This document shows, piece after piece, positions 24,950 to 37,057 of a stretch of DNA of 64,000 bases. The notes beneath the pieces are model-generated. The model worked only from the letters and a program-made list of their open reading frames with translations. It did no database searches and was not told the DNA's origin. The position numbers and the translations under genes are program-made. Origin of the DNA: Eledone cirrhosa (taxonomy: Eukaryota); the NCBI GenBank assembly GCA_964016885.1, contig OZ024743.1, forward strand, positions 161,324,001 through 161,388,000, written 5' to 3'. Position 1 is the first letter of the stretch. Every line of letters starts with the position of its first letter.

Positions 24950-25910
24950 GTTAGAGAATACAATACTAAATTCTTGAACAAATATATTTATTGGCTTACA
25001 ATTGTTTCAGAAATCATCGGAATTCAGTTCATAAAAATGAAAATTATCGATTATATAATCGATAAGAGCAAATGATAATTTAACTGAACAAAGAAAGAAG
25101 AATTACCCTCTCTGCAAGAGAGGTTTATACAGAAACGATGCTCTCTTTACTATAGATACTTTTAACGCACGTAGAATTTAAATTCTTAAGAAACAATTGC
25201 ATAGATTTTTTTTAAAGTATTGGTCTTTCAATCACTATCAAATCTAACCACAAAGTCGTTAATTTCCTAGATGCTATTTTGGACCTTGATACAGGTTTCT
25301 ACTGGCCTTATCATAAACCCAGTGAGATCTTAACTTATATTAATAGTCTTTCTGAAATCTATTGTAAAGTCTATTTCCCATAGAGTCTCTTGGCTCTCTG
25401 TGAATGAGGACATATTATACAGAATAGCATGGTACTACAATGAGGCTCTTTCTATATCGATAAGATTTATTACCTACCTGCTGTTCAGCCTACCCATAGT
25501 GTACTCAAAAATAATATAATTGCACAGTGTATCATATTTATGCCCCTTGCTATTTACACCTGCTTACTTCCTGTTTTATATTTCCTCCATTATTTAAACG
25601 GTTAACTTCTTTGGATTTAAAATGTATTGTAATTCTATTTCAATCCTTCCTATGTTAATTGGTAGGCTTTACTTTTTACATTTTATGTAGTCCCTATCTT
25701 CAGTGACATGTATTTTTGAATTTTATATTTATTTTCTTTGATTCTGAAGATGAGATCATTTCTTTCTTTAGTTAAATTATCATTTGTTCTTATCGATTAT
25801 ATAATCGATAATTTTCATTTTTATGAACTGAATCCCGATATGATTTCTGAAACAATTGTAAACCAATAAATATATTTGTTCAAGAATTCGGTATTGTATT
25901 CTCCAACCTT
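24950..25910 (+). mobile_element. Mini Penelope-like element: Naiad RT fragment between about 140-bp inverted repeats
   Basis: About 24950-25097 is the reverse complement of about 25760-25908; interior reads IGLSITIKSNHKVVNFLDAILDLDTGFYWPYHKP. Confidence 0.8.
25738..25866 (+). ncRNA. Type I hammerhead motif with very long stem II
   Basis: Stem I ttgatt/aaccaa (one mismatch); CUGAAGA 25744-25750; stem II gagatcat/atgatttc enclosing about 80 nt that include a perfect 22-nt palindrome; GAAAC 25849-25853; AAUU loop; GUA 25858-25860. Confidence 0.65.
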
Positions 25911-25912
25911 TA

Positions 25913-26320
<408 letters not shown>

Positions 26321-26834
26321 AACCACGCGATCGGGTGTCCAGCCCGACTATTTCTATGTCCCCGTGCATATACACACATATGTACATTTGTATATATACA
26401 TATTTACACACTTTTGGATAGCCATTGACTCTTATGAGTTCTTCTGCCCTTTGTCAGGTTTTGTTTTTTGTCCTGCAGGGTGTATATATACACACACACA
26501 CTCTGTGTATGAATGCATGTAAGCGAGATGGAAGCCCCCCTTCTACTCTGAGGGGTCATTGGCTCCATTAAGTACTGACTTGGTCTGTGATGATTCCTGA
26601 AGTGAGTGACAAGTAGGTGAAACATAGAAAAAATTGAAAGAGGAGGAGAATTGTGTTGGCACATAGAAGTGATAAACAGAAAAAAAAGGAAGACAAAGGG
26701 AGATTAGGGTTACAATAAGAGTCAAGATTAAATTACAAATGATACAAAAATCACAGATGCATTTGATGCACTGCCAGCGAAAAGGGCAGTATTAGAACTG
26801 GGACAGCGGATGTGTTTGCAAGCATAAGTGACAG

Positions 26835-27225
26835 TATATGGGTCAGTTGAAAGGTTCATAGGCTGATCAAGATACTCTCATGGAATGTGACCAAATGAGG
26901 TTTATTTTTCAACTTAGACCTCCTTGCGACCCACACACTTCTTCCATCAGTGTTGCAGTGCTTGGATCCCATTGGTGAAGAAGTTTTCATCCTGTTGGTC
27001 AAAATGTCATCAACAGCAGATATGGGATTATCACTGTGATATTGGTTCCCAGCCAAGTGTTTTTTCATGGGGAACAGATGATAGTCAGATGACGCCAAAT
27101 CAGGAGAATAAAGAGGCTGATCAACCTGTTCAAAGCCACAGCTATGCACAGCAACCATTGAAAGCAAGGACCTGTGTGTTGGAGCATTGTCCTGATGAAA
27201 CAAGATCCCTTTTGTCAGTTTTCCT
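26835..27225 (-). mobile_element. mariner transposase 3' relic with one TIR
   Basis: FHQDNAPTH..GFEQVDQPLYSPDLASSDYHLF (YSPDLAPSD motif), then GIQALQH*WKKCV; TIR-like ggtcagttgaaaggttcatagg. Confidence 0.88.
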
Positions 27226-27349
27226 GGGTATTTGTTCTTTCAACCCCCAAAACTGAGACCATCACCTTCCCTGCAGAATAAACAACCTTGACCTTCTTTG
27301 GAGAAGAGGAGGAGAGGTGTTCCCCTACAAGGATTTTGTCTCTTTATCT

Positions 27350-28352
27350 CTGAACTTTTTCCATCCCATTCTCACTCTCGCTACCATATATCTGACACAT
27401 CTACCCCCACAGCTTATTTAGTCACCTAGGTAGCAGAAGCTGTCAACTGCTTCTATAAAACCTTCCAAGAATTTGATAGTACTTGCTTCCTGTGAATGTT
27501 TGTTACTTACTGCACCTGTGCAATGGCCACAAGTAAAACTTACTTTCTTAGATAAACTACCTGAGATCCCACTACACCTCTTGTATACCCATAGCTTGCA
27601 TTTGGGACAGAGTACAGAATTTCTACCCACCACTTTCTTACACATTGAGTAGGGCTATTTCCCTGGTGGGATCAGGGCCCTATTTTCCTTTCTACTTACT
27701 AGAACTTTGGTCTTTGCCAAGTTGACTTTAAGGCCTTTTGATTCCAGGATATGCTTCCAGGAGAAAAATAATTTTCTGGTTCTGTTACAAATTTAGCTAA
27801 GAGAGTTAGATCATCAACATACAGGAGTTCCCAAGGGCATCCTGTTTTAAACTCTTCTGTTATAGACTGTAGGACGATAATAAACAGGAGAGTGCTTAGG
27901 ACGGAAACTTGGTGGGCCCCAACTTACACACTAAACTCCTCACTATAGTCATTATTAACTTTAACCTTACTGACAGCACCTCTGTACATGGCTTGTCCCA
28001 CCCTCACTAGCCACTCTTCTATACCTAGTTTCCTAATTGCTCAGCAGATTACAGAATGGGGATCCCTGTCAAAAGCTTTTTCTTGGTCGACAAATGCTAA
28101 GTAAAGGGGTTTGATCTTAGTTAGGTACTTCTGCAGTTGCCTCACAAGAAAGAGAGCATCCATGGTACTTTTTCCTGACACAAAATCAAACTGCATCTCA
28201 TCTAAGTAAATTTGATCCCTAATCAGTTGTACAATGACTCTTTCTGTACCCTTCATGACCTGGTCCATCAGTTTGATGCCTCAATAGTTTCCCTCTGTCT
28301 AGTGCATCACCTTTGCCCTTGTAGCAGGTGACAATGACGCTGCTATGCCATT
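27350..28352 (-). mobile_element. Internal RTE RT fragment (with YVDD and PHD-type finger)
   Basis: EMQFDFVSGKSTMDALF, AFVDQEKAFDR, CPWELLYVDDL, CPKCKLWVYKRCSGI..CGHC. Confidence 0.9.
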
Positions 28353-28675
28353 AATTCTTGCTGTGTCACTAGCTGTTGTAACTCTTGAGCATTAATGTCA
28401 ATGTATGTTGTTTAATCACTCCTGTCTTTCAGATAAAGTCATTTTGATAATTTCCTGATCTTGATCTTTTATCCATTCTGATATCACCTCTTGTGTTTTG
28501 CTTTTATCAATTTTCATCATCCTTGCATTTATTGTTCATTGCACAACCAAGTGCCACTCTGTGTACCTTTGGTTTGTGTAGTATATTTTTTTCGCTTGTT
28601 TTTCTATTACCTTGAAAGTACCCTATGTAATATGTGTGCAATGCCTAGCAGGGCTATTTTCTGTATACTGTATAT

Positions 28676-28940
28676 AAGAGGAATCAGATGTGGTGTTGAA
28701 GAAAGAAAACTAGTTTGGAATGCAATGCATATGGACGAGGAATACTGAGTGAAAAAATGCCAGGTGATGCAGTGGAAGAAAGCTACAATAGAGAAAGACC
28801 CGAGAAATATCTATGCAGGGGTGGTTAGCGCTGATCTCATAACACTGAACCTTACAGAGGAGATGAGAAAGAATGCTGCAAGCAGAGGGAAGCTGTCCAA
28901 CCAATGCAAGGATAGAAGAGCAGATGTAAAATGATGATGA
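28676..28940 (+). mobile_element. Diverged RTE 3' fragment
   Basis: IRGIRCGVEERKL, ends gatgtaaaatgatgatga. Confidence 0.7.
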
Positions 28941-29256
28941 TTTTGTAATATCTCCAACACACTTGTTATGGTGATTGTTTTCAATCCCAACATTCCTGTG
29001 ATTTCCCTTTCACAACTACATATTTGGATAATTTGTCTTGTTATCGTAGAGATTATAATTATTTTCTTGAATCTTGTGGCAGATGCTGTGGTGTAGCAAT
29101 TAGTCCCTGATGAATACTGTATTCCTCATTTGAACAATATCATTTTGTTTTGATTGGTCATGTCGTCCTTTAAACATATTAGGTCTTATTCATACATATA
29201 AAATCGTTCTTCGATCAGCACCTTCAAATATTGTGGAATAATAATTATTCAATATG

Positions 29257-29650
29257 TGTGTGGCTTAGTGGTTAGGGTGTTTGGCTCGTGATTCTAAGGC
29301 CATGAGTTCAATTCCTTGACTGGGAGGCACATTGTGTCCTTAAGCAAGACACTTTATTTCACATTGATGCAGTGCACTCATTTTGAAAAAATGAGTGTAG
29401 TGACACTAGTGCCAAGCTGTATCGACCTTTGCCTTTTCCTTGGACAGCATTGGTCCACACAGCTGGCAAAAGTGAGTTGTACCTGTACTTCAAGGAGCCA
29501 ACCATGCCACACATTGTACCTCACTGAATCTCTGGGAATCATGTGAAGTGTGCACGTATCTGAGGAATACTCAGCCACATACATGTTAATTTCATGTGCT
29601 GGCAGTTTTGTTGATTGAATGAACAGGAGTACTCATTGACATAAACTACA
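29257..29650 (+). mobile_element. tRNA-derived CORE-like SINE (second SINE family)
   Basis: A box tggcttagtgg, B box gagttcaattcc, CORE-like gtgtccttaagcaagacactttatttcac...aaaatgagt. Confidence 0.75.
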
Positions 29651-29904
29651 GACAGCCAGAAGTATTCACTTGACTGAGTCAACTTCCAGGCTTTGAACTA
29701 CATCATTTGTGTTGTTAATGGAGAAAGACATGGCTGTTGCCACTACTATATCCTCCTACTACTATAAATCTAAAGCTTTATATAATAAGTTGTTATTTTG
29801 GTATTATGTCTTGAGATGGTTAAGTTGATAAGTTGGAGAACTAGTTGCTCATAAAGATTATAATATATTATTATATTACCATTATATTATTTTGTTAAGG
29901 TTCA

Positions 29905-30165
29905 TTACCTAGTAGTTATGGTGTTGGACTTACAATCACAATGTTGTGGGTTCAGTTCCTGAACCAGGTTGTGTGTAGTGTTCTTGAATAAAATGCTTCA
30001 TTTTATGTTGCTCCAGTATACTCAGCTGAACATGAGTACTAGCAGTAGCTGGAAGTTCAATCTTGTGATGGACTTGTGTCCTCTCAGTGGAGAGTCTTGT
30101 ACTCTCAGTCGTTTAATGTCAAAGAAACTGGGATAAGCACTGCTTAATGAACCTCCAGGCTTAAG
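29905..30165 (+). mobile_element. CORE-like SINE, diverged
   Basis: ggttcagttcc; gtgttcttgaataaaatgcttcattttatgttgctccagtatactcagctg. Confidence 0.6.
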
Positions 30166-30949
30166 TCAGACAGTAGACTTTAGATTATATTATCTATATT
30201 TCATGAAGTTTATATTACATTGTCATATCCTCAAGTTGTTGGGTACAAGATCATCTGGGAATGTTATTTGTGATAGACCTGTATCCTAAACTGAGGTAAA
30301 TTTATATCCATCCAATTAACACCATGAAAACAGAACCAAGCATTAATTCTTAAAATGGTTTGTCTAGCTTATATTCATATTACTTTTGCATAAGAAGATT
30401 CAATCTGATATCTGTAAGCTGTTATCGCCAGCCATAATTCTTCTTGGATACTGACTTAAACAGCCTAATTTTAATAACATAGGTGTATTGCGTTTGATTT
30501 ACAACTGAATCAGTAGCTCATGTTACATTTACTAGTCAACACACTGCTGCGAGGGCTAAAGAAATGATGATAAATATTTGTAAACTTTCATGCGTCAATT
30601 TGATTACTTATTCTTTGTATATTTGAAGTGGAAATTTTAGATAGGTATGATGTGGTATGATAAGGATGGGGGTGTTTTGGAGTAGTTAGTAATTGCTGGG
30701 TATCTTTGAAAGACAGTGGTGGCTATTTGTTGTAGTAGTTGTGGCTGTGTTTATTTGTGATACTTAGCAGTGTTTTTTTTTTCTTGAGGTTTAGGTCTGA
30801 TGGAAGGTGCAATACACATGGCTTTTACTGCTATACCCAAAATACCTGGCTTCCCAATTAATACTAGCAGTAGTGGTTGTTGTTCTTTTTAGTTTGTTGA
30901 GGAGACGGAGGCTATGATTTCCTAGAATGATGAGATTGATGCCATTAAT

Positions 30950-31450
30950 ATTTCTTTTAAACAGTTGAAAGTCAACAACTGCAGGGTGTGGGGGGGGGGG
31001 GGGGGGGGGGCATGTGCAAGAAGGGAATTCCGGGCAACCAGCATTTTGAGAAGGATGAGCTTGGTATAGTGGTTAATGTGGTGCTTGAGGGCTGAGGATA
31101 ACAGTGATATGAAAAAATAGTGAATTGGAAGTGCTTAAGTGGAGATTGTACGTGATCAGCCTATTTCAAGGAGCAGAGTAAAGGCAAAAGGATGAGACAT
31201 CACATTTGTGGATGTGATGTTGGAGTATGTTTGTGAATAACTTCATGCTAATCAATGAAGTGGCTTTTCTTTGGACACGATCCATGATGTCGGTGTGTAT
31301 AATAACAGCACTATACCAGATATGAGAGGGGACTACACTGTAGGTCTCACCTACAGTATGTAGGATGTTTGAAGTTGTTGGGAGCTAAAGTATTTTCTGG
31401 TTTTGAAGAAAAAGGCCAGCATTTGTAATGTAATCTTTACTATGTTGAGG
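30950..31450 (-). mobile_element. Old CR1/Jockey-like LINE C-terminal relic
   Basis: Broken minus-strand frames read VRPTV..SHIW..IMDRVQ..ATSLI and later NSL...DFQLFKRNIN. Confidence 0.5.
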
Positions 31451-31532
31451 ATGTGTATTCATCACAAGAAATTCTCAGCTGAACATTTAAAGCAACTATG
31501 AGTGTTCTAGTTGCATGCTAATCATGTAATTG

Positions 31533-32180
31533 TTTAGCTTCAAATCAAGCCAACTCAAGCAGATCTAGGATCAAAGGTATTCCAAATATATCATCCCATG
31601 TTTTAAAGGGTATCAAGGACTACATTCTCAAATTTGTGTGTATGGTTTTAAGCATAGTATGTCTAACAGTATATTATACAATATTTTGAGACAGTGGAGT
31701 ATGACTTAAGAGTGCTTTGACTGCTATTATTAGCAGCTTGAGTCACCATCAAGAGGTTTTGAGGTGGTTAGTAGTGTTGGTGGCAATGGCTATGGTGGTG
31801 TGTGCCTATGATGATTATTGTTATTGGTGTTTGTTCTCAGGTCAGCCTTGATCAAACAGATATAATCAAATGCACTTTAACATTTTGTATATTTAGGACT
31901 GCATTATACAATGTCTTTCTTGTTTTAAGACTGTAAAGTATGATTTGTAAGAATTTGGTTGCTATTTATAACAGGTGGTTGCTGTTATTATTGTTTAACC
32001 CCAGTTCAGCCCTGAATTAGCAGATCTGTAAGCGAAGGTATTCCAACTATGACTGTGCTGTCAATGTTTAGACACAGTGTAATCCAAATTGACCTCTTTG
32101 ATAAGATGGCAACTATTGATATGAGGGAGGTTTGGCTGCTATTTCCAGCCAGTCAAGCGACCATAAAGAGGCTTTCTCTT
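31533..32180 (-). mobile_element. Three adjacent copies of an unclassified repeat family of about 200 bp
   Basis: Shared motifs gcagatct..gatcaaaggtattcca and tttggctgctatt; further copies near 13372, 23118, 36070, 40478, 46045, 57273, 61610 and, inverted, 48030. Confidence 0.6.
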
Positions 32181-32331
32181 TTAACTTCTAATTCTTTTTA
32201 TTGTGGAGATAGCGGTGATGGTATTAGTGGGTGTGATAGTTATCAGCTGAAACAAAATACTACTTAAAATTTTGCAGTAATCTATAGATATCAACTAAAA
32301 TGTTTTTCTATGAATCCTATATCAATGTTGT

Positions 32332-32790
32332 CATCATCATCATCATCATCATCATCATCACCAATTAACGTCCATTTCCCACGCTAGCATGGGTTAGACA
32401 AGTTGCCCAATTATGAGACAAGTCGGGCCTGATGCTCATACAGGACTGGTTTTGGCTTGGTTTCTATGGCTGGAGGCTCTACCTAACGCCAACCACATTT
32501 ACAGTGTCTGTTGGACGCTTTTTGTCATGACATCTACATGAACATTTTACTGTGTGGGCTGAGCACATTTTGCCACATTGCCTACTTTACAGTGTGGGGG
32601 GATTGGGGTGGTAGATCTAGGAGGTGTGTGTGAGGGGGACAGGGTGTTCAGGCATGGGTGGAATGTTAGGACAGGGGAGGTGTAAGAGGAAGAAGAACAT
32701 GGACGGGGGAGGATTGTTAGGACATGGAGGTGTATGGAAGGGGATGGGGAAGTAGTGCATACAAGATGTATGCTTCAACCTATGCACATG
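32332..32790 (-). mobile_element. RTE 3' UTR fragment
   Basis: (cat)n...aacgtccatttcccacgctagcatgggttagac; tttctatggctggaggc. Confidence 0.8.
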
Positions 32791-33307
32791 GGATTATTTA
32801 TTGTATTTTTCTTCAATATTGATTATTTATTTCCCATGTGTAAGTTTGTGTAGGGTAGCTGTACAAATGTAAATATTTGGATAAATATTAAGAGCTTTCA
32901 TTTTTTTTTTTAGCTAAATGCAAAAATGTTTCTAATAGTCTCCTCATCGAGGTACCAGATCAAACATTCCATTCCCATCTTTTCCATTACCATCTCTTCC
33001 CCAATTTTCTACACTCTTCAAATACATACTTAAAATGAAGCAATCTGATTCCCTTTTGATCATAGAGTTTTCCAATTGTTTATAGAAAATATCTTTCCTC
33101 TGTTTAGGTATGATATCATCACCATTATCATCATGTATAATTTTACTACCTTGCATTCATTCATTCCAAGCTTGTATAGGTGGAATGGTTTATTTTGAAA
33201 TGTACCCTACTGCTAACATCTAAACAATAAAGTAAGGAGTGGCACATGCTTTCTAGAGTGTTGAGAGGCAAAACAATGTATGTTCTAGAAAAGTTTAAAC
33301 ACACATG

Positions 33308-33609
33308 CAGGGCCGGATTTAGACCTTGAGGGGCCCGGGGTACTTCAAGTTTGGGGGGCCCCTCATACACATAAATTACAATACACAGCAAAACTCCAAT
33401 TTTACATATTAACGTCAGCTTGGCACACGTAATGGGAATTGAAAAGTTATACATACAGGTATTAGATTTTTTAAAATCTAACCATCCTATAACGAAAAAT
33501 CCCAGCAAATGGCACAAATAAGTTCCTACGGCAGTCACTGGTTGGGTCCCCCACTGCAGGAGGCCCGGAACAATTGCCCCCTTTACCCACCCCATTAAAT
33601 ACGACCATG
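33308..33609 (+). mobile_element. hAT-type MITE with 8-bp TSD
   Basis: TIRs cagggccggattta / taaatacgaccatg; TSD cacacatg (33300-33307) versus cccacatg (33610-33617). Confidence 0.8.
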
Positions 33610-33876
33610 CCCACATGAGAGAAAGAAACTTTCAATGAGGATGTAATTTAAAAACCTTTTATTTTTTGCTAATGCAGACCTCAGAAGTCTCATAAAATCT
33701 AATATTTAACTTTGATTTTCTGCCATTTCTTTGTCAAACAAAGCTGTCATTTGAATTTTAGTCCAGAAACCAATGTCTTGCAAGTGAAATTTGGTAGACG
33801 GAAACTGTGCAGAAACCCTTCATATGTGTGCATGCATTTGTTATTGTCTTCACAGCAATACATAGGCGACATTATT

Positions 33877-34420
33877 TTCCAGCATAGTTACGTCCCTTTA
33901 CGATCTGAGTTCAAATCCCGCCGAGGTTGACTATGCCTTTTATCCTTACGGGGTCGATAAAATAAAGTACCAGTAATGCACTGGGTTATTGCTGGCCTTG
34001 TGCCTAACGTAGAAACAATTATTTCTATACTATACATGCTTTGTAGCATAGAGTTACGGCCCTTTATGATCTGAGTTCAAATCCCGCCGAGGTTAACTTT
34101 ACCTTTAATCCTTACAGGGTCGATAAAATAAAGTACCAGTCACGCACTGGGGTCGATTTAATCGACTTTCCCTTTCCCCCAAATTTGCTAGCCTTGTGTC
34201 TATATAAGAAACCATTATTTCTATACTATATAATGGTGGATTGGCAGTATCGGTAGAGGGTCGGACGATATGCTTTGACGCATAGAGTTACGGATCTTTC
34301 CATTCTGAGTTCAAATCCCGCCGAGGTCAACTTTGCCTTTCATCCTTACGGGGTCGATAAAATAAAGTACCAGTAATGTACTGGATAATTGCTGGCCTTG
34401 TGCCAAAAGTAGAAACAATT
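33877..34420 (+). mobile_element. Three tandem tRNA-derived SINEs
   Basis: Copies at about 33877-34017, 34036-34213 and 34234-34417, each followed by attatttctatactata. Confidence 0.9.
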
Positions 34421-37057
34421 ATTTCTATACTATATAAGCAATATATCTTATAGCTCAAGGGTTTGATGAAGATTGCTAAAATGGTTACCATATTCATTTT
34501 CAAATACCATACATGAAAAACAAGTAAAGGCTGGCATCAGGAAGATCATCCAGCCATTGTATACTGCCTCAAAATGTTTTGTCTAACCTATGCCAGCATG
34601 TTAAAACAAATGTGAAAACATGGCTGATGATAGTTTCAGCAGTGGTGAAATAACAATGTTTGAATTGTCTTAAAGCAATGAAAACTAAATCAACAAATTC
34701 CGTAAATGGGTGTGAAATTCATTGTTTCTGTTTTCTGTTACTTTTCATTCTCTTCTTATCCATCTCCTATCAAACACAATCTGCATATACCATGAATACC
34801 AGCAAACAATCTGGTTTAAGTATTTTTGCAGGAACCATACTTTCCTTCTATCTTAGGACTTAACTTACAAATCTCTGAAGTGTAAAGTGTATTTTTAGAT
34901 TCTAGAATGACATTAAAGTTTCAGCTTCATATATTTGTTGTTAATGGCAAGAAAAAGGGAGAAAGAAGGGTTGCTTTGCCACTTCAGCAAGCTTCAGTTT
35001 TTACTACCCCTCAGTATCTCACCAGCCAGTCTCCCTCACATGACCATATTAGCTCTGTTTTGGTACTTGTGAAAAACTGTTGGTTGATCATGCAGTCTGT
35101 TTCTCAGTCACTGTCTTGTCAAAAAGAAAAATAGACTTAAGGGCAAAATGAATAAAATACCCAAGATGGAGCCTACTCCTACCTCAATCATTTTCACATT
35201 TTTTCAAATAGATTGACTGATTATTTATATGAGCTACATAAGCCATATCACAAATTTGTTCTGCACCCACAGCATAGAACTACTACAGGCTTTGTACATT
35301 GCTACTGATTGCCAACTTCATCTGCCCATGTAGAACAAAAAAAAATCAGGAAGATCAAGTATGAGCTCCTATTATATGTGGAGCTTTGAAAATTACCATT
35401 GATGGCTACACAAAACTACACCTTCTGAACATTTGACAGAGTTATTTCCTGACTATCTCTACTTTTGTCTACACCTGTGCACCTGTCACATCAAATTTAC
35501 CTTCTCTCTTGGCCTATCATGATCCCACTATATTTTTCATGTATTCATTGCCCACACTGGGTACACCATATGGAGTTTCTGTCTTCTCCTTATATAATTG
35601 TTTCATTTATTCCCACAGATCCTGTTATACATTTGTATGCATTTTTATTGTATGAATGAATGGACCTCAGTGGTAATAATAATGAAAAGCTTATTGTGAT
35701 TATTAATAATATTGTTATTATTGTCGTTGTTATTATTACTTCATGCAAAGTCAATAAAATTTATGCCTGCCAGCAATCTCATTTATGCTGTATGATAGCT
35801 GCTTGCCTTCACACACTTGTGTGTGTTTGTTTGTATCTGTGTATTTGTGTGTTGGGCAGTTAATTACAGAGAGAGAAAGATAGAGAGAGAGATGGCTATT
35901 GATAGCTGGTTGGTATGTTGGCAATTGGTTGTAGATATGGCAGGTTATGGGAGGGTGCAGGCTGGAGGTGTGCAATATCAGGAAATCATTTGATTCCAAC
36001 AGGAAATTCAAGAAAATTGGCACAATCACTGCCATGCTGTTTAGTAATTGTAGAGTAGTTGTTGTTCTTGTTGTTTAACTGGATGTTGGCCTTGATTGAG
36101 TAAGCTTACAATCAAAAACATTTTTGTTTTATTGGCATAGTGTACCCGAGACTATATTATCTAATGTTTTATCCTCTTTTTTTTTCTTGTAAAAGAGTAG
36201 GGTGTGATTTGAAGGAGATGTAGCTACTATTACTAGCAGATGAACAACCATCAAGAGGCTCTAGTAGTAGCAGTGTTAATGGCAGTGACAGCAGTGACAA
36301 CGACAACCTATACAGAAAGCTTGATTGTTTAAGCCAAACTTGAAGATTCTGAGTTTGTTTAATGTGGCTAGGGAGAGTGCTAGGTGGCAAAGCTTTAGGT
36401 GGATGGTACATTGAATTTAAGAGATTTACACACTTAATGTTGCTTCAATTTGAATTTGTGCTTAATTTATTTATGTCCCAACTTATATCCATCCTGCCGA
36501 ATAAATAGCCACATACACCCACACGCACACACTCTTATACATGTATGTGCACAAGTCAACATATATACAAGCCTATCTTCACACACTCAGACACCAACAC
36601 ACATAGATATGCTGACCTGCATGCACACTTATACATGTTCACATACAGGTACACTTCCACATATGTAAATACCTACCTACACAGCAATTAAACTGTCTAC
36701 AGCTATTATGTGAGAGACAACTCCGCTGTCCTATGCTCCACCATCTTCATATGCCTTACCATCACTGGCTCATTAGATTCTAGTACTTGATAGATTTTCT
36801 TTTCAAAATCTCTTCACATTTATTTTTCCACAAGATCCTTTATTTAATCAGAATAATCCTCTTTGCCACCTCAGACCATATGACAAGGTTGTGTTACCTA
36901 CTGGAGGCTCTTTTTGGTCTTTTTTTTTTAGGGAAGGGAGAGAAGGCTTCTCTCTCTTCATGTACTAGATGAATGGGTTGGTCTCCTATAGGTCTGGTGC
37001 TTTCTCCATCTCCCTCTCTGTGCTATGAGGACTTGTTACAATGACATTGTATCTTAC

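Noticed and set aside
34863-34890. 6-nt minus-strand microexon (cacttcag|AGATTT|gtaagt)
   Set aside because: Weak polypyrimidine tract and no host gene context; likely chance.
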